From Dudresnaya verticillata (lineage: Eukaryota), in assembly GCA_977862235.1 (NCBI GenBank), contig OZ374562.1:186001-250000 (forward strand): a stretch of 64,000 nt of DNA, in the 5' to 3' direction. Positions 45,989 through 56,769 of the stretch are shown here, one piece after another; the stretch's first letter is position 1, and every line of letters begins with the position of its first letter. Made by a program: the position numbers and the translations under genes. Under the pieces are notes generated by a model. That model was not told the origin of the DNA, made no database searches, and was given only the letters and a program-made list of their open reading frames with translations.

Positions 45989-48900
45989 ATGCCACCGCCG
46001 ACTCGTCGCCGCCCACGCGCCCTTCCAACTGCTCCGTTCTTTGTTGCTCCATTGCAGCTCTTCGTCTCGTCCCTCAATCTCCGGCGAAACTACCGTGCGA
46101 GGGTCTCAACCCGGTGCGCTAGACCACATCGTAATGCCCGCTTCTTCTGCGATGCGAGCAGTTCCTGGCAATCTCGTTCGTCTTCAGCACTCAACCAAGA
46201 GGGCTCCGAAAAGCGCTACATCGACCTTCGAACGATGAAGGTCATTCACTCAGATGATGCTCATATCTACCCGGGTCCGACACCAGGTGTATCCTTCGGC
46301 GTTTTGGATAACCCTGACCTTTTCGCGGATCCGCAGACGGCTGCCGAACTACGCGATTTGCTCTTCACGCAGGATACCGTACCGCTGTCTGATTCTCAAA
46401 GGCAGGTTGTTGAAGCCCTGTTATCGAAGCGATCCGCACTGTACATGTCTGCGGTGGGTGAAGAAAGGGTTTCAATATTTGTCGACATCGTCATGCGCAC
46501 ACGCTTGTGGAAGGAATGCATTGTCTATTGTGCTTCCTCTCGCCGATCTGCGGAGGCTCTGTACGCTACGCTATGCGCCCAACTAGGCCCTGAACGCAAG
46601 GGGGAACTGCTGATGGACTTTGGCGATGGCACATTGGAAGAACTGCAGAACGACGGGGCTTCCTGTGACGGTGTACGTGTTATCTTTACATCACCCGAAG
46701 TGCTCAAAACAAACCTTGTCATGTGCGACTCGGGTGGGTGGATCTCGAACGTGAGTATTGTTTTCATGGACAACTTCAGCACATCCAGACTGTCGGACTG
46801 GGAGGAAATACTGCTGGCAATGCCAAGTCGCGTACTGTTATGCATGTTTGCCAAGGAGCTCACTGCAAACGAGAGGGAGTTCTTGCCGTTATGGTTGGAA
46901 TCGATCCAAAATCGTTTTGTGTCGGTCAGTCCCCCAGGTGCGGCATCACTGCTTGATCGAATTGAGAGACCGCAAAGCTTTCCGCTACTAAGAACATTTG
47001 CATACAATGCGGCAGTGCATGATTCCCCTGTTCAAGTCTCCCTAACTCTTCTGAAGGATATGATGCAAAAGGAAAACGAGCAGTTCGACAGCAGCTATCT
47101 GCCCATGTATGAGGAGTGTTTCCTGCAGGGCATAACTACGATTCCAGCCGAAGATCCGTCAATGCTTGAATTTGCTACTGCCGATGAAGCTGAGTACGCA
47201 GACGTTTGCGCTCTGATTGTTGCTGACGCGAAGCGGACTGAGGAAAAGGTGCAAGCAAGGGCCAAGAGGCGCACGAGGGCAACAAAAAAGAAAGAAAGGA
47301 CTGCATCTTCAAGAGCTGCTGCACGTAGGAGAAGGGACACTGCCTTTTCCGATTCTTTTCTATTCCCGGCTGTTGTTCTGGTGAGGGGGCGCAGAGAAGC
47401 AGAGAATGCCGCGTTCGCAGTACACGGCGCAATTGATCGGGCAACCGGTCTCCTCTGGGATGAAGACAGCAAAGAACATCTGGAGGATCTCATCAATGCC
47501 TTTAGAGACAAACACGGTCCCGAACTGTGTCAATCTGACCAAGCGATTTTGGACGCACTGGAACGGGGAGTGGGAATCATCCATGACTATTGTGCACCCG
47601 GGCTTCAACTTTTTGTAGGCGAACTCTTCCGCGGTGGGTTGGTGCCCATGATAGTCGTTGATACACATCTGGGATCCACGGAGTTACTAGCTCTACCGTC
47701 AGCCAAAAGTGTACTAGTTGAATCTTCTGTGCTTGCTATTTGTGACGATATGGACAAAGGCCTCATCATGGCTTCGACGGCAGCGTCACTTGCGGGCCGG
47801 ATGGGCAAAGATGATGTTGGTAACCTTATCGTTCTTTGGTACGACGAAACAATCGACGATGGAGCTGCCGGAAGCGAGATTGCATCCACACTTCTTTATC
47901 CTCTGTTTTCAGAGTTCTCGGCGGACAGCATTGGCAGAACAAGGAAACATATGCTCAAGGGAAGAAAGAAAAGTCCCCATGTACCGCACTCTATCCAACC
48001 GAAGATGCGTTCAAGCGCAATGTCCGCATCGTATGATGGTGTGTTGCGGTCGCTGCGTCGATTTGGCGTGGATGGCTATAAAGCTGTGCTGGACTACACC
48101 TTGCATTCATATCGGGGATGGCTAGAGAGGGCATCTCTTCACGCAACCCTGGAGAAGCTGGAACTAGAAAGAAAGTCTCTAAATGAACTACTGGACAAAG
48201 AGGACTGGTCGGCCATTGCTGAGTTTGAGCGCAAAGCTTCGAAACTGAACGAAGCAATCCGAGTTCTCAAGGCAATGGAAATTCGGTATGAATCTGTTGT
48301 GACAAAACGATTACAACAAGAGCTACAGTTATCGCAACCAGGGAGAATTATAGGTGTGGAGTGCTCCCGAGGAAGTTCTAATGCTCAGCGATGGGAACAA
48401 AGACTTTTGGAGGGGGGTGAAATCGCACCCGAAAACTTGACGACGGGGTCCACGGAACCTTCCGGCCCGGCTAGCAGCAGCGAGTTGGCGGAACGTCACG
48501 TGCAACCGAAGAGAGATAGTTTATCTGCTGCCGTATTTGTCGCCTTGCGTGATGAGGGAGGGAGAGGAGCGGGACGTACGTCTCTTGATTGTCGGTGGGT
48601 CCTCGTCTGCGTGCTAGCAGATGGTATGTGGACGACTCTGCCAATGACGGATGTTGTGGCCCTCGCAAGCGAGGACGAAGAGGTTGTACCGAATGTCGAT
48701 TTACTTATGGTGCCCCATTCTGCTACGTTCGATGTCGATCCGAGCTCCGCTTGGGCAAAGTGCTGTCCCGTTGATGATACAGAGAAAGCCACAGTGCACA
48801 GGATATCCGATGAGCTAATAGCTCGAGTTGCATCTGCAGATCGCCCGGTCCTGAAGCGGTTTCAGATTCCAGAATTTGAGGCTCAGAAAGAACGTGTAGA

Positions 48901-50014
48901 GAAGGCAGAGGCAACATATCGACAGTCTCCGTGGTGTGAAAGAGATGATGAACTTGCAGAGCTCCGTCGATTTCGGAGACGGTCTGCTGAACTTGGTGAT
49001 GAAATTGAAGTGTTGCGAAGGAAACAAGCACGATTGGAGGAAAGGTTATTCCAAAGACATAATGAAGAGACATCAAACCAGTCTTCCATTCTGGCTGTTT
49101 TGGAAGACTGTCATGCCCTTACGATCCTGGGTGATCGGACAATGGAAATGACACCCATTGGGGCTCTAGCTTCTGTGCTGCCCGGGCAGTATCCACTATT
49201 CACTGCCGCTTGCCTTTCCCTCATTGACGATTTTGAGGAGTTGTCTCCCTCGGAGTTTGCGGCATTAATTGCGGCGATTGCATGCAGTGGTAAGATATGG
49301 TCGACTGGCAGTGGGGACGGTGCGTCTGGAACGGTGAAAGCAGCGCGTCGAGGCGAAGAGAGCTCCGATGATGAGCTTGACTTCAGCATAATTAAGGAGT
49401 TTCCCTTGCAAAAGAATGGCAACGGCAAGGGCAGTTCATCGGAGGAGGCAACGTCATATCAAGGTGACGGTATGGAAGAAATCCTGCCGCCACAGACCAA
49501 GGTAGTTAACGACATTTTGTCAGCATTGCAGCAGCTGCATCGGCGGCACCAAGCTGACTCATCTGGCGAAGAGGGTTTTCTTGTTTCGGACATTGTACCG
49601 TCGCGTCTGAATTTAAGAATTGCCCGTGCAGCTGCTATGATTGCGTCTGGGGAGCCGTGGAGTGACACTGTAGCCGTTGTACAACAGGAGGAAGGCTACT
49701 TGATTCGTGAGATGCGCAGCTTGATGGTTGTGATGAGAATTATTGGAACTCCCGACGCCAATGGCGAGTTTACGGAAGGTACGAGAGAGTTGGCAGTGAA
49801 GACATTTCTATCCCTTGACCGCTGGCCGATCAACGACAGGGATATAATTTCAACACTGGTGAATAACGGGATTGTAGAGAAACACTGGAATGGAAATGCA
49901 TATGACAAGTGGTGGCGAAGCGTACGTGATCGAATTATGGCTCTTAATTCATTGGTGGATCTGGGCGGGAGTGGGGAGGTGGAGAGTGTAGAGGCGGAAA
50001 TAGTGGAGTCATAG
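45989..50014 (+). CDS. Ski2-family (ISE2/HelY-like) RNA helicase homologue with degenerate catalytic motifs, probably organelle-targeted
   Basis: Collinear Ski2-like blocks (SQRQVVEALL, TSPEVLK, DWEEILLAMPSRV, LERGVGIIH, ELFRGGLV, LAGRMGK) and a DSHCT-like tail (MTPIG...GEPWSD...EEGYLIR). Arg/Ser-rich N-terminus. First ATG at 45989. Confidence 0.8.
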   Translation: MPPPTRRRPRALPTAPFFVAPLQLFVSSLNLRRNYRARVSTRCARPHRNARFFCDASSSWQSRSSSALNQEGSEKRYIDLRTMKVIHSDDAHIYPGPTPGVSFGVLDNPDLFADPQTAAELRDLLFTQDTVPLSDSQRQVVEALLSKRSALYMSAVGEERVSIFVDIVMRTRLWKECIVYCASSRRSAEALYATLCAQLGPERKGELLMDFGDGTLEELQNDGASCDGVRVIFTSPEVLKTNLVMCDSGGWISNVSIVFMDNFSTSRLSDWEEILLAMPSRVLLCMFAKELTANEREFLPLWLESIQNRFVSVSPPGAASLLDRIERPQSFPLLRTFAYNAAVHDSPVQVSLTLLKDMMQKENEQFDSSYLPMYEECFLQGITTIPAEDPSMLEFATADEAEYADVCALIVADAKRTEEKVQARAKRRTRATKKKERTASSRAAARRRRDTAFSDSFLFPAVVLVRGRREAENAAFAVHGAIDRATGLLWDEDSKEHLEDLINAFRDKHGPELCQSDQAILDALERGVGIIHDYCAPGLQLFVGELFRGGLVPMIVVDTHLGSTELLALPSAKSVLVESSVLAICDDMDKGLIMASTAASLAGRMGKDDVGNLIVLWYDETIDDGAAGSEIASTLLYPLFSEFSADSIGRTRKHMLKGRKKSPHVPHSIQPKMRSSAMSASYDGVLRSLRRFGVDGYKAVLDYTLHSYRGWLERASLHATLEKLELERKSLNELLDKEDWSAIAEFERKASKLNEAIRVLKAMEIRYESVVTKRLQQELQLSQPGRIIGVECSRGSSNAQRWEQRLLEGGEIAPENLTTGSTEPSGPASSSELAERHVQPKRDSLSAAVFVALRDEGGRGAGRTSLDCRWVLVCVLADGMWTTLPMTDVVALASEDEEVVPNVDLLMVPHSATFDVDPSSAWAKCCPVDDTEKATVHRISDELIARVASADRPVLKRFQIPEFEAQKERVEKAEATYRQSPWCERDDELAELRRFRRRSAELGDEIEVLRRKQARLEERLFQRHNEETSNQSSILAVLEDCHALTILGDRTMEMTPIGALASVLPGQYPLFTAACLSLIDDFEELSPSEFAALIAAIACSGKIWSTGSGDGASGTVKAARRGEESSDDELDFSIIKEFPLQKNGNGKGSSSEEATSYQGDGMEEILPPQTKVVNDILSALQQLHRRHQADSSGEEGFLVSDIVPSRLNLRIARAAAMIASGEPWSDTVAVVQQEEGYLIREMRSLMVVMRIIGTPDANGEFTEGTRELAVKTFLSLDRWPINDRDIISTLVNNGIVEKHWNGNAYDKWWRSVRDRIMALNSLVDLGGSGEVESVEAEIVES

Positions 50015-51117
50015 GGAGTTGTAGCTTATGTAAAAGTTGGAAGATGGCAACGGTGCTGTGGTCTTTGGGCACTTTTAGTGTTTTGCCAAGAGTATTGCCG
50101 AAGAAAACAGAACAGGGGCTGACTGTACTACTAGCTCATTTTTAGGGTAAATCAATGGGAATACTCTACGCCCTATTTGGGTGGGGATGGCGTACGAAGT
50201 AATGAGTCGGCTGAAGATTTATTTGTCTTGGGCTTTTTGTCTCACACTTTGTTTCCATCCCTTCTCTCTCTTCGGGAGAAATGACGAGAGTTTGATCAGG
50301 AAGCGCTTCCTTCGATGCTCTGGGTCCTCCTTCCAAACTATGATTGCGGCTAACGGCAACGTTCTCTTGCAGAAATACCCAGGGCCGATCTACGTTACTT
50401 TATCGGATTGTACAGTATCTCACAATTTGTATCATCGATGGGCCTGTAATCGCCTGGGAGAAGGCTCAATGGTAGGCGTTTACATGTTATATGTATTAGT
50501 CTGTCTGCGCGATAGAAAAAACACAGGAGTTCGGACTTTGAAATGAGTATTGGAGTTCGGCAATGGGTGGATGTAGGCAAGATGTATTCTGTTCTCAAAG
50601 CTATTTCTTCTCCGGACAAGAAAGACACAGCAAACACTAGAATCGCACTCACGATCTGCTTCTGGTGAGTCACCCTTGCTATTTGGGTGGCTACGTTTTC
50701 ATCGCGAATCGGTGGATCATGGGGATTATGCATTCTACATATCTTGCCTCCCCTGAGAGGAGCATAGGCACATGGCGCTCATGAGAATCTGCATTCGGGA
50801 ACGGAAGATACAGCCAATCATGGCTGGAGGGCCATGCACCGTGGTGGCGTATCTGGCGATTGGAGTTGCCTCCCAAATCCGGATCTGAAAATCCGGATTG
50901 CGCAGGTCAAAAGCATCTCGAGCAATCAAAGTGGCCCAAGTCAATCCTTGCTCCCGTGCCCGGCAACTGCCTATCTTCTCGACGTTACTGAAGTCGATTC
51001 ACCAGCACGTTCACGCTCGACCCCTGCCTTTGGACCCCGGGGGAGGAAACGAGCTTTGCCATTACCCGCCGTTCCCAGAGAACCCTCCCCCCTGATATAT
51101 CTCTCGCCAGACCCACA

Positions 51118-52413
51118 ATGTCGGCCTTCATCACGCCCTTAACTCAGTCTCCCTTTACGCCTGCCTTTCTAGCGCAAGCCGCCTCAACAAGCAACGTTCC
51201 GCTATCTCTGCGCCGCCCCCGCATGAGCCGGCCGCCGAAAATGGGACTGGGAAACAGCTTCGGCCGTGTGTTCCGAATAAGTACATGGGGTGAGTCTCAC
51301 GGCGGCGGCGTTGGCGTCACAGTGGACGGCTGTCCGCCGCGTCTACCACTCACGCGCGAGGAGATTCAGGTCGAGCTGGATCGCCGCCGCCCGGGGCAGA
51401 GCCGCATTGTCACTCCACGCAATGAGCCCGATGCTGTCGAAATCCTCTCCGGCGTAGTCGATGGCGTCTGCCTTGGCACCCCTATTGCTATGCTGGTCCG
51501 CAACAAAGATCATCGAAGCCAGGACTATGACACCATGGCCGTTGCCTACCGCCCCAGTCATGCTGATGCAGCGTATGATGCTAAGTATGGTATTCGAGCT
51601 GTTGCGGGCGGTGGTCGCTCTTCGGCAAGGGAGACCATCGGCCGTGTTGCTGCAGGAGCTATTGCGAAGAAAATTCTGAAAGAGTATGCCGGTGTGGACG
51701 TGGTTGGATACGTCAAGCGTGTACGCGATATTGAAGCTCCAGAAATTGACCCACAGAACGTGACGCTGGAGCAAGTTGAAGCGAACATGATGCGATGCCC
51801 GGATCCCACATCCGCGGAGAAGATGATTGAGTATGTTGACAAAATCCGCAAGTCTGGAAACTCTGTAGGTGGTGTCGTGGAGGTCGTAGCGAGGAACGTA
51901 CCGGCCGGCCTAGGCTCCCCTGTGTTTGACAAGCTGGAGGCGGACCTTGCAAAGGCATGCATGAGCCTTCCGGCGTCGAAGGGCTTCGAGATCGGCAGCG
52001 GTTTCGAAGGGACTATGCTGACTGGTCTTGAGCACAATGATTCATTTTACGTGGATGAGGATGGGCGCACAAGAACTGTCTCAAATAGAAGCGGCGGCGT
52101 TCAGGGCGGGATTAGCAACGGAGAGCCTATTATCCTCCGCGTAGCTTTCAAGCCAACCAGTACAATTGGAAAGATTCAGAAGACTGTGACACGTGGGGGA
52201 GAGGAAACCGAGCTGCGCGGGAAGGGCAGACACGACGCCTGCGTGCTCCCGAGGGCGGTACCAATGGTTGAGTCGATGGTCGCGCTGGTTCTTGCTGACC
52301 ACTTGATGCAGCAGATCGCACAGTCTAGTGTTATGCCGATTGAAGATGAGAAGGCTCCAAACCCTCTGGGTCCGAAGCCGATTTCAGGATCAATCTTGTC
52401 TTCTCATTCTTAG
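51118..52413 (+). CDS. aroC: Chorismate synthase, plastid-targeted
   Basis: [69 protein letters not shown] transit peptide. Confidence 0.97.
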   Translation: MSAFITPLTQSPFTPAFLAQAASTSNVPLSLRRPRMSRPPKMGLGNSFGRVFRISTWGESHGGGVGVTVDGCPPRLPLTREEIQVELDRRRPGQSRIVTPRNEPDAVEILSGVVDGVCLGTPIAMLVRNKDHRSQDYDTMAVAYRPSHADAAYDAKYGIRAVAGGGRSSARETIGRVAAGAIAKKILKEYAGVDVVGYVKRVRDIEAPEIDPQNVTLEQVEANMMRCPDPTSAEKMIEYVDKIRKSGNSVGGVVEVVARNVPAGLGSPVFDKLEADLAKACMSLPASKGFEIGSGFEGTMLTGLEHNDSFYVDEDGRTRTVSNRSGGVQGGISNGEPIILRVAFKPTSTIGKIQKTVTRGGEETELRGKGRHDACVLPRAVPMVESMVALVLADHLMQQIAQSSVMPIEDEKAPNPLGPKPISGSILSSHS

Positions 52414-52763
52414 GGGCGTTACGTCGACGGGTGCCCTTTCCGCGCGATAGCCGCTGCTCTCAGATAATCGAACTACGAACTGGTTGAGTACATTCAATTA
52501 GGCTGAGGGGATACAGGGGATGGAGGCGCTGACTTGAAGGTTGGAGAAATATTTTTCACGAAAAACGTGACATAATGGTGTGGAAACGCCTCGCAAGGAC
52601 CACACACAGAGTAAGGGCTTTCGGCCGTTTTGAACCGTAGGGTTATTAAAGAATCGCCGTGCAGTTTGGCATTTGAGCACTCGACAGCATGGCGGTAGCA
52701 CTAGGTTGGAAGCTGCGTCTCTTATGTGCTTGACTCGCAAGAAACGCGTGTTGTTCCCGACAT

Positions 52764-52835
52764 TTTTCACGCCATCTTTGTAGCGCGGAGTCGACCGGTT
52801 TTCACGCCATCTTTGTAGCGCGGAGTCGACCGGTT
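52764..52835. repeat. Exact 35-bp tandem duplication
   Basis: TTTTCACGCCATCTTTGTAGCGCGGAGTCGACCGG x2. Confidence 0.95.
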
Positions 52836-53151
52836 GTCTTCGGGCTCTGTCCCAGATGTGACTGCGTTTCTCCTTCAGTAAAGGAATTTGAATAAATTTT
52901 AGAAGACCTCAGCATTCAACCCAATAATCTGTCTACACGTTTCCAGCTGTAGAATGGCATTCTTTGTTCGCTTCGGGCTCACCTGCGGGACAACTGAGGC
53001 AAGGGTGCTCAACGCACGAGATCAACTCATTTTGTCGTGCCTTCAGCCGTAAGGACTCCGACGATAGTGTCTTCTTGAACCGTCAGTTGTTCCCCCCTTC
53101 CCTGCACTGCACATCTTCTCAACGCTGCCAACGAAGCTGGGTTCTGTGACT

Positions 53152-53946
53152 ATGCAGGCTTTTGTGTCCTCGTTTGTGGGGGGCGCTGTGCGCCCACAAT
53201 TACAGGCGTCGAGCCTGACGCCGAAACGTGCTTCCACGTCGAAGAGACGCGTTGTGCCGACCCGCCGAGTAACGCCGAGGGCCATGCAGTCTGCTGGCGG
53301 CGGCGGTGCAATGTATGAGGGAGCCCGTGCGGGACCTCCGCCGGACTTGCCTTCTCTTCTGCTGCACAACCGTATCATCTACTTGGGCATGAGCCTTGTG
53401 CCGGCCGTTACCGAGCTTATCATCGCCGAGTTTCTGTACCTGCAGTACGAGGACGCATCCAAGCCGGTTTTCATGTATATTAACAGTACTGGCACCTCAT
53501 CCGCAGACGGCCAGAACGTTGGTTTTGAGACTGAGGCGTTTGCAGTCGCTGATACGATGAACTATGTCAAGATGCCTGTTCATACTATCTGTGTCGGCCA
53601 GGCTTTTGGCATGGCGGCTATGTTGCTTGCTTCCGGAGAGAAGACCCATCGCGCTGCGCTTCCCAATGCCACGATCATGCTGCATCAACCTAGGGGCTCC
53701 GCCCAGGGCCAGGCAAGTGATATTGCCATCAAGGCCAAGGAGGTGCTGTACAATCGCCGCCAGTCCTTCGAGATTATCGCGGAGCGGTCGGGGCAACCAC
53801 TTGAACAGATCGAGAAGGACGCAATGCGTACGAAGTACTTCAGTCCACAGGAGGCTGTCGACTACGGCATTCTTGATAAGGTCCTGCTCTCAGAGAAAGA
53901 CTTGCCGCAGAAGGCACCAACGTTCCTTTCAGCTCTGGACAAGTAA
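53152..53946 (+). CDS. clpR: Plastid Clp protease non-catalytic subunit ClpR
   Basis: PPDLPSLLLHNRIIYLGM, YINSTGT plus the ClpR insertion, GQAFGMAA (catalytic Ser absent), MLHQP, GQASDI. MQAFV transit peptide. Confidence 0.92.
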   Translation: MQAFVSSFVGGAVRPQLQASSLTPKRASTSKRRVVPTRRVTPRAMQSAGGGGAMYEGARAGPPPDLPSLLLHNRIIYLGMSLVPAVTELIIAEFLYLQYEDASKPVFMYINSTGTSSADGQNVGFETEAFAVADTMNYVKMPVHTICVGQAFGMAAMLLASGEKTHRAALPNATIMLHQPRGSAQGQASDIAIKAKEVLYNRRQSFEIIAERSGQPLEQIEKDAMRTKYFSPQEAVDYGILDKVLLSEKDLPQKAPTFLSALDK

Positions 53947-54325
53947 GCTACTTAGCTATTATGGGCAGGGGATTATGTCGTTAGCTACGTGGGCAGTATT
54001 ACGCAGGCGGCGTTTCGATTTGGGATACCACCGCATGTTTGGTCGTCGTGAAGTAGCTCTCTTTAGTTTCTGTCGCTGTGTTTTGTTTCGGCAGGAGCTA
54101 GTGCTTGCCAATTTCGTTAGCTAATGGGTGTCTTGAAATCTTGTACATGTACGTTGCGTAAGTGCCGAAGCTATCTCTAGCGCTAGGACGGAATTTAGCA
54201 GGCCGAAGCTCCTGCGACGTTTTGGAACTAGAGAAGCTGTTATAGAGATCCTGTCGGGAACAAGCCCCATTGTTAAACGTTGGTTCTGTCCAAACGGAAA
54301 CTCAGCTTGATTGCCAGGTCTGTTC

Positions 54326-56218
54326 TTAAACTCTTGGCTGTGAATTCCATCCGCATCCGAGAGAGCCCCTTGTCGTCTCCCAGAGCATATCCATGTTACC
54401 CCTAGAAACTGTGTGTACGCAGTGATTTGGCAAGAGATAGATAGCGTGAGTTGAGAACTGTCTCGGGGAGAATACGCGACCAGTAATCGCTACCGTCCTC
54501 AGCAAATTTCCAGAAAGTACATCAATGGCATCCATTGTGATCATGTCGTCCTCCATCCTAGTTCCATAAATGGTTTGCAGATCTGGGGATATTTGCAAGC
54601 ATTCATAGGATGAGTGTGATGATAACGGGCCAAAATCTTGAATGAGAGATCCAGTCTTGGCGTCAAGAACAGCCGGTAATCGCTGGATTACAACACAATG
54701 TGTGCTTGTCAGGGCAGTGTCCCAAACGAGAAGGAGTGAAGAATCTTCAGAAAACACGAGTGTGTGCTGTGCAATATCACAAGGCTTTTCTAGTTGTACC
54801 CTGATCCTCCGTACATTAATGGTAGGGTCAGGGGGACGGACAAGCACGCGACGGTAAATAAGTTTTCCTGTCGCACTGCAACGCATTTCTATGTGTTTGA
54901 ACAGCCGAATGTTCGAGTCTTCCCTTTCTGTGAGCTGACAGGTGCTCACTATGGAGCATAAGAGACTACCATCGGGAGACATACGGCTAATGCGCTTGTA
55001 ACCAGAGATGAAGCCTTGGCTCAATTCGCAGTTCTCTCCGAACGTAGGCAGCGTCGCGTTCACGGTGTCCATATCTTCTCGCTTTGGTAGGGTTGGTGTG
55101 AACTCATATGGAGATTGCGGCTTTCTGCCCAGAAAAGTCACCCATGGCTGGGCTGCAGGGTAATTTCTCAGATCTGCTCGTGTGACTCTAGAAGCACTGG
55201 CATCGTCAACTTGGTCAAAACGCAATATTCCAAACTTTGAGACAGTATCAAAGAAGATATGCTTGGCATCGTTGGCTATCTCGATCCGCGAAGTGCAAAC
55301 AGTGTTTTTGTGAGTCATCATGGCGTCCTTCTTGTCTAAGACGAACTCCATACTAGCACCATCTATACATGCCATGAAGATGAAGTTGTCGTCGTCAGGA
55401 TTGCGAAAGGTCTTCCATCTCACCAGATACGTAGCGGCACCGGAATCAGAGTGCAGCATGGCTGCAAAGGCCAACTCCTGATGTCTTGTCCCATCCTGAT
55501 GATACTGACGCCAGACCATGTCGAAGCCATACTCCGGGACGAAAACGTGCGAGAAAGTATGGACAACGAGGTCGTTTGGAAATCCATCTTCATCGTCACA
55601 CAAATCTATGACCTGCACTGTACAATCCTCACACGGGTCATACTCGATGTCAAACACGGTACCATGGGAAACGCGAGTCGATGACCATCCACGCAGCCTC
55701 CGCAGCGGATCAGCTTCCGGCGACGTCACACCGCCATGGGAAAGGGTGACCAGCAAGGCTACACTGCTGCCATCCGGCGAGAAGCGGATATTACTGATGG
55801 CAGTAGCAGGGACAGCTTCTAATCCCAGCGCGACGCGGCGGACACGTCCACGTGTGAGCCAGGCCAGCACGACGCCGCCACCGCCGTCACTCTCATCGAC
55901 GAGCATGACGAGACCAGCACCGTGTGGCGGGACAATGTGGACCATGAGGACATTTTCGATAACGTCGTGCGGGAGGGAGAAGCGACGAAGGCGGAAGGCG
56001 TTGCGCACGTCAGCGCGGGCCGGGGCACGCGCGCGGTGCACAGCGGCGGCAGCACTCGCGCATGTATGCGCAAACGCCTTCTGCGCGGACATGGGGAATA
56101 GCGATGAGGCGATGCGGTCCCACACGTCCTGCGGTGCCCACACGCCGCCCAGCGGCGCACCGGCCGGAGCGCGCAGGCACGCGCGCGACGGCGACTTGCG
56201 CGGCGGACTGTGCCGCAT
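54326..56218 (-). CDS. Putative F-box-like / beta-propeller protein
   Basis: Long ORF. PQDVWDRIASSL...FAHTC is F-box-like, and IRFSPDGSSVA, MSPDGSLL, FSEDSSLLLVWD, ISPDLQTI resemble propeller blades. Start uncertain (upstream in-frame ATG at 56455). Confidence 0.65.
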   Translation of the reverse strand: MRHSPPRKSPSRACLRAPAGAPLGGVWAPQDVWDRIASSLFPMSAQKAFAHTCASAAAAVHRARAPARADVRNAFRLRRFSLPHDVIENVLMVHIVPPHGAGLVMLVDESDGGGGVVLAWLTRGRVRRVALGLEAVPATAISNIRFSPDGSSVALLVTLSHGGVTSPEADPLRRLRGWSSTRVSHGTVFDIEYDPCEDCTVQVIDLCDDEDGFPNDLVVHTFSHVFVPEYGFDMVWRQYHQDGTRHQELAFAAMLHSDSGAATYLVRWKTFRNPDDDNFIFMACIDGASMEFVLDKKDAMMTHKNTVCTSRIEIANDAKHIFFDTVSKFGILRFDQVDDASASRVTRADLRNYPAAQPWVTFLGRKPQSPYEFTPTLPKREDMDTVNATLPTFGENCELSQGFISGYKRISRMSPDGSLLCSIVSTCQLTEREDSNIRLFKHIEMRCSATGKLIYRRVLVRPPDPTINVRRIRVQLEKPCDIAQHTLVFSEDSSLLLVWDTALTSTHCVVIQRLPAVLDAKTGSLIQDFGPLSSHSSYECLQISPDLQTIYGTRMEDDMITMDAIDVLSGNLLRTVAITGRVFSPRQFSTHAIYLLPNHCVHTVSRGNMDMLWETTRGSLGCGWNSQPRV

Positions 56219-56769
56219 GGTGCTTCGTGGCGGCGACTGTGCCGGGCGACGGGCGAGGGAGAGACGGCGGTGGGATTGCGGGGCGGCATGATGGGTGGAG
56301 GGCGGCACCTGGAGCAGAGTTGTAGCCGTTGGGGGCTGGCAGTGTCGGTGGGATGGCGGCGGGATGGAGGCGGGATGGCGGCGCGGAGGGAGGAGACGTT
56401 GGGGAGGTAGCGAGCGGTACGGGAAGGGTTTTGGCGGATGCACAGCGTGCCGCATCAACGGCTGCGCCAGCGTTGCCACCACGACACGTGTAATTCGAGG
56501 GGTGGTAGTGAGGCCATGCTCGGCCGTGGGGTGCGGTGGCTCGCTCGGCGCACATGTTCCTCAGCACCACCTGCAGTGAATTTAGGACACCCGCTTGCGT
56601 GCAACGAGCCCGTGACTGCCCCCAGCTTCCCGTCTTCGCAGTATCTCGCTTCCACCTCCACTCTCTGCCCGTCTGTCCGCCCGCCTCGCCGACCCTACCT
56701 GCCTGCACCGTCTCGCCTGCCCTCAAGCCTCGTCCCGCACTCTCCCGCCCTCGTTCTCGGCTCCGCGAC

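Noticed and set aside
52764..52835. 35-bp repeats (also 21045-21114) as a possible CRISPR array
   Set aside because: Two directly adjacent copies, no spacers, no cas genes, eukaryotic context.
53152..53946. Missing catalytic serine in the ClpP-like protein as a novelty
   Set aside because: Expected, established property of ClpR subunits.
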